Origin: Octopus sinensis
Taxonomy: Eukaryota
NCBI RefSeq assembly: GCF_006345805.1
Contig: NW_021832156.1
Span: forward strand, 1-32,282
Direction: 5' to 3'
DNA length: 32,282 nt
The notes beneath the pieces are model-generated. The model was not told the DNA's origin. It did no database searches and worked only from the letters and a program-made list of their open reading frames with translations. The position numbers and the translations under genes are program-made. The stretch's first letter is position 1. The number at the start of each line of letters is the position of its first letter. Below are positions 23,180-32,282 of this stretch, in pieces.

Positions 23180-24250
23180 CCTTTCACACCACAACATACT
23201 TTCATTAAGTATTTTCTCCATGTTTTTTTCCTATTCCAAACATGCTCATTGTTTTACTTATCCAACTGCGTGGGACCATGTCATATGCTTTTTTTGTAAT
23301 CTAGCCATGCTACATTCAATCTCATCAATCTGCGTCTACAATTTCTAATTATCATTTTATCAATTAATAAGTGATCTTTGTTGCCCTGCTTTGTTTTCTG
23401 CATCCTTTGTTCTTCTGGAAGTAAATTGTTACTTTCCATATGATTGTAGAACTCTTCCGCTAAGACACCGGTTATAGGTTTCCAGATTAGCAATAAACAG
23501 GTTTTAAGTCGAAAATTTGATGCCAAGTTCCTTTCATGCAACTGTGTAAAGTTCTTCAGCCAATAGCCTTGTATTCCAACCGAGCCTGGTCCTTTCCAAT
23601 TCGCTATTTTTAAACTTTTGTCTCGCTGTATATTGATTAATTCTAACTCCCTTTTTTCTTGGTACAGTTGCAAGTTGTCTTTCCAGCTCTGTTAGCCACT
23701 CCGCGCTTTCTCTATGTCTCGCTGGCCTGTTCCACAGCCTTCCCCAAGGAATTAGGTGTTGGCCTCCCCTCTATTTCCTCAAATAGACGCCTTCTGTTTG
23801 ATTGGAACAGTCTATTCTGTTCGAAACCTTTGCATCTAGCATGTCTTTTCAATTTGGCATTTAATGCTTTCACCTTTGGTGTCAATTCTTCATGTACTGT
23901 TTGTTTTCCCCTTTCTTCTAACCTGAACTTTTCATTCAATTTTCTGCCTACTACTTTTTTCCTGAACTCGCTCTCGTTATCCTATTCAATTACCCCAGTT
24001 CTTTCCGTGCCTTTTCCAGCTTCATTCGTATTCGCTTCCTTCAGTTTCGTTCTTTCTTTTCATTTCCCTTTATATCTTCAGTTTTTCACTTGTAGCCTAT
24101 GTCAGCAACAACATTAGCAGCAGCTATGATTAGCTGGTTTGTTTCATTGATGGAACACCCATTGAGTTATTTCAGAAAATTTCATCCAAAAACCTTGAAA
24201 GGATAGTCTGTGTTGTCTCTAATATAGTCGCTCATCTACCAAAATTGGAA
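23180..24250 (-). mobile_element. Decayed R4/Dong-like fragment (pre-RT region and RT domains 0-3)
   Basis: Minus strand INETNQLI.AAANVV..FEQNRLFQSNRRRLFEEI..NWKGPG..IQGYWLKNF..LLPEEQ..KDHLLIDKMI..AWLDYKKAYDMVP.SWI; many indels. Confidence 0.85.
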
Positions 24251-24599
24251 TACGATGATTACTTAATGCACTTTATATATATATACTTTATATACCTTAT
24301 ACACAATTTTATAGACTTAATACACAACACTCTCCCTCTTTCTCTCTCACTCTTCACCTTACCCTTTTTTCTCTCTTCTTTTTCTTTGGCGCTTCGTCTT
24401 CCCCTTCAACTAATCACGTAAAGGCGTTACAGACGGGCTAAGTAACGGAAGAAAACAATTTAGTTAAAAAAATTACACATTTCACTCACCACTAACTCTC
24501 CATCCCCATCTCCTATCTCCTCCATATTCACTCCCTCCTCTCATCTCCCCCTCCCCTATATCTCCCCTCTCGTATCTCCTCCTCTGCTGGGCGCCCTGT

Positions 24600-24682
24600 T
24601 ACGATTTCTTTATATTCCTCTTGATGCCCGAGGACCCAACAATAATTGGTATTACCCTCACCTTCATTTTCCATGACCGGAC
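24600..24682 (-). mobile_element. Short RLE C-terminal fragment
   Basis: Minus strand VRSWKMKVRVIPIIVGSSGIKRNIKK matches the RMW.L...IPII.GALG motif seen in families A and B. Confidence 0.55.
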
Positions 24683-24714
24683 TCTTTCGTACGAAAGAGG
24701 ATTGCATTTGTCTT

Positions 24715-25125
24715 AAATGTGCTGAGCTCGCAGAATCTTTAGCACGCCAGACAAAATGCTTAGTCGCATTTGTTCCGGCTTTACTTTCTGACTTCAAATT
24801 CTGTCGAGGTTGACTTTGCCTTTCATCCTCTCGGGGGTCAATAAAATATGTACCAGATGTGCAATGAGGTCGATGTAATCAACTAGTCCCACCCCCAAAA
24901 TCAAACATTGTGGTGCCTACAGTAGAAAGGGTTATTAAGGCGCAAAGTAACTGAATCATTAGCATGTCGGTCGAGATGTTTACTGTTATTTCTTCCGGCT
25001 TTACGTTCTGAGCAGCATTTCCGCTGCGGTCGGATTTATCATTCATCGTTTCGAGGTCGATAAAATAAATACCAATTGAGCAGTGAGATCGATATAATTG
25101 ATCACCACTTCCACGCAAAATTTCC
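24715..25125 (+). mobile_element. Two tandem diverged family 1 SINEs (24715-24930, 24937-25125)
   Basis: Both show cagaatc..agc..ttacgttctga..gtcga..taaaata..acca..gatc core motifs. Confidence 0.7.
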
Positions 25126-25513
25126 GCAACGGCGGAATTCGAGTTCGGAACGTAAAGCCGGAAGAAAAGCTACTGAGCATTTTCTTCGGCGTGCCAGATG
25201 ACACTAATAATTATTTCTTTATTGCCCACAGGGGACTAAACATAGAGGGCTAGAATGGGATTAAATTGATTAAATCGACCCAGACGAAATACCTACTTCT
25301 TTACTACCCACAAGGGACTAAACACAGAGAAGACAAACAAGGACAGATAAACGGATTAAGTCGATTATATATACCCCAGTGCGTAACTGGTACTTAATTT
25401 ATCGACCCCGAAAGGATGAAAGGCAAAGTCGACCTCGGCAGAATTTAAACTCAGAACGTAACGGCAGACGAAATACTGCAAAGCATTTCGCCCGGTGTGC
25501 TAGCGATTCTGCC
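25126..25513 (-). mobile_element. Family 1 SINE (25283-25513) plus two fragments
   Basis: Near-identical to 6246-6483. Extra tail fragment at 25212-25282 and head fragment at 25126-25203. Confidence 0.85.
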
Positions 25514-25514
25514 A

Positions 25515-25540
25515 AATGACATTAATAATAACAAAACAGT

Positions 25541-25589
<49 letters not shown>

Positions 25590-25650
25590 TAGTAGTAGTA
25601 GTAGTAATTGTTGTTGTCGTAGTAACAACAACAACAACAACAGCAATAAT
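25515..25650. repeat. Compound trinucleotide microsatellite (CAG/TAG/CAA)
   Basis: Directly visible. Confidence 0.9.
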
Positions 25651-25984
25651 AGCAATGCAGCAACTTGACATTTTTTTACTGCCTCGAAGTTGTATTTTTA
25701 TTTTTATTTTTGAATTACTTTTTCTTATGTTTTTTTTTTATATTTTCGTTGACGAGTAATTGTGTTTGAAGCCTATCTTAATTGCTAACTGACGAAAACA
25801 GCTTAATGAGGCGCTAAATATGTTTAGGACATAACAATTTACTGACAATTTAGAATTATTCCTATTTTTTTTAGTTGGTTTTTAGTTAGCTTTTTAAATT
25901 ATTTTTTTTGTTTTTGTTTCCTCATGTTTACGTTTTTATTTTTGCTTTTTAGCTTCCGTGTTTTTCATAACAAAATAAATGTTG

Positions 25985-26236
25985 AAATTTGTATGAGTGT
26001 TTGTGTGTATGTGTGTGTGTGTGTGCATGTATGTGTGCGTATGTGTGCGTGTGTGAGAGAGAGAGAGGGAGAGAGAGTATGGATGCATGTGTGTATATAT
26101 ATGTATATACATATGTGTGTGTTTGTGTGAATTTATTATTTAAATTTTGGAATAAAAATTTAGAAAGAAGCAGTGCAATACGATAGCAGGACAGACAGAC
26201 AGACAGACGGACGGACAGACAGACAGACAGACAGAC

Positions 26237-26291
<55 letters not shown>

Positions 26292-26318
26292 CTGATGGAT
26301 AAACAGACAGACAGACAC

Positions 26319-26379
<61 letters not shown>

Positions 26380-26539
26380 CTGGTTCGGAGAAAAAGGTGA
26401 GGTGGATAGAAATGAAGGTCCATGCGCCGAATTGAGAGGTGGAGGGGTAATTAAATAAATAAATAAATAAATAAATACAGAGAGGAAGAACTGAAAGGCG
26501 TAGGAATGAGGCAGAGTGAGCGAAATGTGTAAAAGAGAG

Positions 26540-26570
<31 letters not shown>

Positions 26571-26860
26571 AAGAATTTAAAAAATAGTGAAACAAAGAGA
26601 CATAAAAAGTGCGTGACAGAGAGATTCCCGTATTTTTTAATTGGTTGAAAATAATTCAGAATTTTTAACGAACTAAATTGAAAACAAGGATAGCAAGACA
26701 TAGAGATCAATTTTAATGGTTTCACCAAGTATACATATATATTACATAGATATATATACATATATATACATATACATATACATATATATACATATATATA
26801 TTATATATATATATATATATAATATATATATATATATATACGCACACACATACACACACA
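25985..26860. repeat. Microsatellite field (TG, GA, CAGA, GATA, TAAA, TA)
   Basis: Directly visible. Confidence 0.9.
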
Positions 26861-26864
26861 TATT

Positions 26865-27029
26865 TTGGAACGGTGAATTTCGAAGTAGATAAGGCTATAA
26901 ATAATAGCGTGTAAAATATTGGATTAAAGAACTCTTTGCAGGAAAAAGTTGAAGGCTGACCAATATTTTAACAAAACGTTTGCACGCTATTATTTATAGA
27001 TTCATCTGCTTCGAGATTCACCGCTCCAA
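26865..27029. mobile_element. 165-bp fold-back MITE-like element
   Basis: ttggaacggtgaatttcgaagtagataaggctataaataatagcgtgta versus the reverse complement of the right arm (~85% over 49 bp), plus an inner 11-bp inverted pair. Confidence 0.65.
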
Positions 27030-27145
27030 CAAAGAATTATTTCACATTTACGAAGTTTCTATAATATTGTGATGTCAATATTGTATATATACATACACAC
27101 ACACACACATACACATATGTGTGTGTATATATATATATATATATA

Positions 27146-27302
27146 ATAATTATTTGAGGGAATATTATTCCTAACTTACAGGGAAAAATTCAATTTAGAA
27201 AAATACTAAATCAAATTTCACAAAATATAATATATATATAAAAATTAGAGAAAAAACACCTTTTATTAATTCAAAATGAACAATTAAATTACACCATCTA
27301 GA
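27146..27302 (-). repeat. Second copy of the 14409-14570 repeat
   Basis: ataattatttgagggaat..aaaatgaacaattaaattacacc..ctaga shared, same orientation. Confidence 0.8.
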
Positions 27303-27479
27303 GGGATAGGAATGAGATTGAAATTGGTTTGAAGTCATTGAGAATTTTAAACGACCAAAAATGATGGAATGTCTGAATGGTAAATTTCGTTGAATTCAGT
27401 CGACAGCGGCGGCGACGATGAATATGATGATGATGATGATTGTAACAATGGTGAGATGGAGGATGAAGCGAAGGGAGAA

Positions 27480-27617
27480 GATGGATGGACGGACGGACGG
27501 ACGGAGTGGATGGATGGATGGATGGCTGGATGGATGGATGGATGGATGGATGGGTGGGTGGATGGATGGATGGATGGATGGATGGATGGATTGGGTGGGT
27601 GGCTGGCTGGATGGATG
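27480..27617. repeat. (GGAT)n/(GGAC)n microsatellite
   Basis: Directly visible. Confidence 0.95.
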
Positions 27618-27780
27618 TCATATGGTGTGAGAATAAAACAACTCTTGCTTTTTAATCTGTTCGGGATGCTTCCATCAGCTTCTTCTTCAGTTTAGTTTTC
27701 ATAACGATCAAGTCCTATCACTACAACATCCTCCTTCCTCCTCCCTTACTAATCTCTCTCTCTTTCTCTTTCTCTCTCTC

Positions 27781-27813
<33 letters not shown>

Positions 27814-28157
27814 TCCAATTCATTTTGTTCTAACATGTCCCAATGACAAGCCTGCCAAAACGACCGGAGGTGATTTAGACGCAAAAGAATCCGTGTTCAT
27901 ATCAGCATGAAACACGGTGGATCCGATTACATATTTTTGCTGCCTCCCTGTGGTTTGGTGTGAAATGATTTGGTATAACAACCATGTGGTTAATGGCTTC
28001 AACAAAGATATTGCTGCCGTCATATAACATTCAATACTATTCGATAATTTCAACCGGGTTTCGTTTCCATCCTACTTATTCTACCCAATCATGGCAGATT
28101 CAAAAGAACCCTTCCATTAAGATTGTCATCATTCAATATTTCTTTCTCTCCCTCACT

Positions 28158-28196
<39 letters not shown>

Positions 28197-28804
28197 ACTC
28201 TGTCTCACTCTCTCTTTCTCACTCTGTCTCACTCTCTTTTTCTCTCTCTGTCCATTTGCCTTTCTATCTCTTTTATTCACACGCGAGTTCACCCATTATA
28301 CACGCTCGCTCGTTTTAAACAGTTGAAGTATATCCCTAGTGTACAAGTTTATCAAGTTTGAGATTCTTCCGGTTTCCGAGGCATCTAAATGGCGCCAAGA
28401 TCAATTTTGTCTTTCCTTGTTTTCGGAATCGATATAACAAAGAACCAGCGGAGAGCTGTGACTTGGAAAAAATTTTAGAGCATTGTTGAAAATGTGTTAC
28501 GGTAATTGTTCCATCTTTGGATTCTGAACTGAAATCCCGGCGAGAACAACTTTACCATTATTCTTTCAGGATTGATAAACCAGGGAAGTTGATCAACAGG
28601 ATTTTTAGGCTGTTGTCCTCTGTAGCATTTGTTCCTGTTCTGTACAGTCTAAGCTTGCCTGTAATACCACTAGTGACCTTCTGTGTTAGCCTTTGTCATA
28701 CCCTTGGACACCATAAAGTAGCAGTCAAATAGTGGGTCGATTTAATCGACTAATCTCATTTACCAAAAATCCAGGCCTTCTTCTTAAATCAGAAACACGT
28801 GAAT

Positions 28805-29650
28805 AGTGAATTAGCAGCATCGTTAGAGCCTGCAACGAAATGTCTTGCAGTAAAGTTTTCAAATTTTACAAGTCCAGATCCCATCAAGGCCATCTTCACC
28901 ATGATCCTACTGAGATGGATTAATCCATTTCTATAATATTTTAGGCTTTAAACCTAAATTAGAAACATGTAAATGGTGAAATAGCAGAATCATTAGAGCA
29001 TCGGAAAAAAAAAAAACACCTGTCAAATTTTACGCTCTGAGTTCAAATCCTGTTACGGTCAAACGTTCCATTCTTCTCTCCGCGATCGATCGATAATATA
29101 AAGTGCTAATCAAATTCAGTCGGTTGATTTCAGTGTTTCACCTGCTTTCACAAAGTTTCAGATTTTGTGTTTGAAACAATTCTTTTTAAAAATGTTATTA
29201 TTAATATTATTTGAGGCGGCAAAGTGGCAGATTCATTATCGTGCTGGAAAAAGTGCGGCATTTCTATCGCTTTTTACGTTCTGAGTTCAAGTACCGCAGG
29301 GGTTGAATTTGTCTTTCATTCTTTTGGGGTCGATAAAATAACTACTAGTCAAGTACTGGACTCAGTGTAATCGACTTACCCGATCTCTCAAAAACCTGCT
29401 GCCCCTGTGTCAAAATTTGAAACCATTATAAATATTATTAAGGTGGTAGCGAGCAGGCAAGATCGATGGCGCACCGGTAAAATGCTTAGCGACATTTCGT
29501 CCGTCTTAACGTTCTTAGTTCAAATTCCACCAACGTTGACTTTGCCTTTCATCCTTCCGGAGTCGATAAACTAAGATCCAGTTTATCACTGTGATTAACG
29601 TAATCGACTGACTTATTTCCCCAAAATTTCAGTCCTTCTGCCTATAATTG
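28805..29650 (+). mobile_element. Head-to-tail array of about four diverged family 1 SINEs
   Basis: Heads at ~28805, 28976, 29213 and 29443 (gag..gcaga/gcaag-atc-tt-agc, gttcaaat B-box). The last two copies are clear; the first two are heavily decayed. Confidence 0.65.
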
Positions 29651-29919
29651 TTGCACACAGGTACAATTTATAATGATCATAAGTCAAAAATCTGCCGCCG
29701 TTTACTGATCCCAGCGGAAAAATACTCACTTCATTTTTCTCTAGAAACGCCCTTCTTGAAAAGCATAAAGGCCATGGCAACACATTGATTGCATTTTTCA
29801 AGTGTCGGACTTTTTAAAAACTAAAACTAAAAATCTAAGATTCATACGACGTACATTTTGTGTATGTATTTTTATATATGTTTATTGAATGTGCAAATAT
29901 GTACGTGCGCGCATGTATG

Positions 29920-30231
29920 TGTGTACGTATGTATGTATGTATGTATATATGTATGGATGTGTATTGTATGTATGTATGTGTGAGTGTGTATATATGCATA
30001 TATATACATATATAATTATTATATATAATATTTATATGTATATATATATATATATTATTATATATATATATATATATATATTATATAATATATAATATAT
30101 ATATATATATATAATATATATATTATATATATAATATTATATATATATTATATTATATATATATATATGAGTTTCCCAGACGGAAGAAAGAGGAGAAATT
30201 GAGAGAAGCACATGTATGCATGTATGGATGA

Positions 30232-30310
<79 letters not shown>
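29920..30310. repeat. TA/TG/TATG microsatellite field
   Basis: Directly visible. Confidence 0.9.
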
Positions 30311-30312
<2 letters not shown>

Positions 30313-30457
30313 TGTGTATACTCACACACAGAAATGTGCGTGTGTTTGTCGTATGTCAATATGAAACTCAGGCAACGCATGTATGTATGTACATATGCAT
30401 TGCATGCTGTGGAAAATGCATGTATAATACACATATGGTGCACATCAATTACTGCAG

Positions 30458-30506
30458 AACAGGCCCCGAACGTCTACGAAGCAGACGCCATTCCAGACAC
30501 GCTTCG
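30458..30506 (+). CDS. Candidate coding exon 3 (49 nt)
   Basis: tactgcAG| (E)QAPNVYEADAIPDTL(R) |GTGAGC. A GC-rich island with GC3-rich codons; phase 1 in, phase 2 out, matching its neighbours. Confidence 0.4.
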
Positions 30507-30961
30507 GTGAGCAGCAAATGCTTTAGTTTATAATGCATTCGCTGATAAACACGCATTCATTACGCACGCGTTTCTGTGTGTACAATCTTTCTACATGCAG
30601 CAGTTTTGGACACATATCTTCTTACATGTGATAAATGAAAATAATCTTGCTCGTACATACTTTCGTATCTGTACACGCATACCTGAACTCACGCATGCGC
30701 AAACAAGTAAAGGAAAGGAACAAAATTAAAAAAAAGTACAATAATCGAATATCTCCACCCACACGAAAATGCACTCAAATGCATGCACACCAAGGTGCAT
30801 GTACATACACGAATGCTTACATGCATATAGTAATGGCTATTCAGGTGAGTTCCTCAATACATCTCTCTCTTTCTCTGTCACATCCTATACACACACACAC
30901 GCACACACACACACCACACACACACAGACGACACACACACCACACACACACACAATATATC

Positions 30962-30999
<38 letters not shown>

Positions 31000-31099
31000 C
31001 AATATCACAATCAAGGAACGGCCATAATAGGCCATTCACCACTAGAAATAACAAGCCAAAAAGCTTCAACCGCAAAATACATTAATTCTGTAAACCAGG

Positions 31100-31170
31100 A
31101 GAAATTAACAAAAATTAAAAAAAATTAAAAAATTAAAAAATTAAAAAATTATTAAAAAATTAAAAAAATG
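31100..31170. repeat. (TTAAAAAA)n short tandem repeat
   Basis: About seven units visible. Confidence 0.8.
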
Positions 31171-31369
31171 TTTTCCACTAGGCCGCTGGGGGCAAAAGAA
31201 TTCTACAAAATTTTTTTGCCTCCCTATATTGATTAATAAGTATATATATATACATATATATATATGTGTGCGTGTGGGTATATGTATGTATGTATGTATG
31301 CATGTATGTATGTATGTGTGAAGTGTATATAGCATATATATATACACCCACACACCCACATATATATAT

Positions 31370-31425
<56 letters not shown>

Positions 31426-31841
31426 GAGTGTGTGTGGACATTAAGAGGAACTATGTTAGAAAATGAACTTCATTTGGTCACATTCCATTGAGAATGTCTT
31501 GCTCAGATTATGAACATTTCAGCCGACCCTCATAATAATAAAAATTATTTTTATACCTGCATTTGTTTTAATGTTAACATTGGAAAAATCCCCATTTTTC
31601 ATTAAAAAAATTTGGACCTGGGTTTGCACCACCTTAGCAAATTTTGTTGCTGGGCCACTGTCCATTTGATAGAGTTTATGAACAGATAGAATAAGTACCA
31701 GTCATATAACGAGATCGATACAGTCAACTTCCTCTCCTCAAAATTGCTGGCTTTGTGCCAGATTTACTATTATTATTATTATCATTACTACTACTACTAC
31801 TACTACTACTATTTAGATTTTTTAAAATTTCAATTGAAAAG

Positions 31842-31902
31842 GGACGTGAGGGCTGAGCGAGATATGCTGACCCATATGCTGAATGCGGCGATGATGACCT
31901 AA
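31842..31902 (+). CDS. Candidate coding exon 4 (61 nt, includes stop)
   Basis: T-rich tract ..gaaaAG| (R)DVRAERDMLTHMLNAAMMT* followed at once by GTGAGT; GC3-rich. Confidence 0.35.
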
Positions 31903-32159
31903 GTGAGTGGTCTTACTTTAAGCCATTTTCTACAAGCTGAGAAGTAAGAAGAAATGAAGAGTACTTGCCTTGGTACTTCCGGTGAGTAAGGTGGTTCATG
32001 TTATTGCTCCTGGGTGGCATTTGTTTCTATTCAGCAATTTGTTAGAAATCGTGTCAACGATGAAAAAAAAATAACAATAAAAATATCCTATATAAATCTT
32101 CGCTGACCTTTGCGTATTGCCCTAAATTTTTCGCGGCCCTATTGGCCGATAAAGAAGGC

Positions 32160-32187
32160 ATATTATTATATTATTTTATCATAATTA

Positions 32188-32234
<47 letters not shown>

Positions 32235-32282
32235 ACTATTATCATCAACCATCATTATCATATATTATTATTATTATTATTA
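32160..32282. repeat. (ATT)n microsatellite
   Basis: Directly visible. Confidence 0.95.

Noticed and set aside
31917-31936. 20-nt minus-strand micro-exon (ttctcAG..aa|GTAAGA)
   Set aside because: No compatible partner exons found; likely chance.

Overview
AT-rich, microsatellite-saturated animal genomic DNA with no prokaryotic features. By my recollection of its dominant SINE, it is most likely an octopus or other coleoid cephalopod (inference). Almost all long ORFs in the track are microsatellite artefacts. The real content is transposable elements. (1) A near-full-length R4/Dong-like non-LTR retrotransposon (RT, CCHC and restriction-like endonuclease, RLE; ~18865-22761, +) sits inside a (TAA)n tract. 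About 20 lesions traced by eye are nearly all single-base losses in homopolymer runs, so the true copy may be intact. (2) Five more RLE-element fragments from at least two other families. (3) A 557-bp non-coding block also bracketed by TAA repeats, a candidate non-autonomous partner. (4) A Penelope-like GIY-YIG fragment and three decayed minimal hammerhead-like motifs. (5) An RTE-like 3' end, a decayed mariner transposase, two MITE-like fold-backs and many tRNA-derived SINEs. Four short GC3-rich + strand segments (11842-11969, 13518-13558, 30458-30506, 31842-31902) have canonical splice sites and splice in phase into a 92-aa ORF that I do not recognise. This is a tentative micro-exon host gene whose ~17-kb intron would hold most of the retroelements. 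All coordinates and translations were derived by hand and are approximate.
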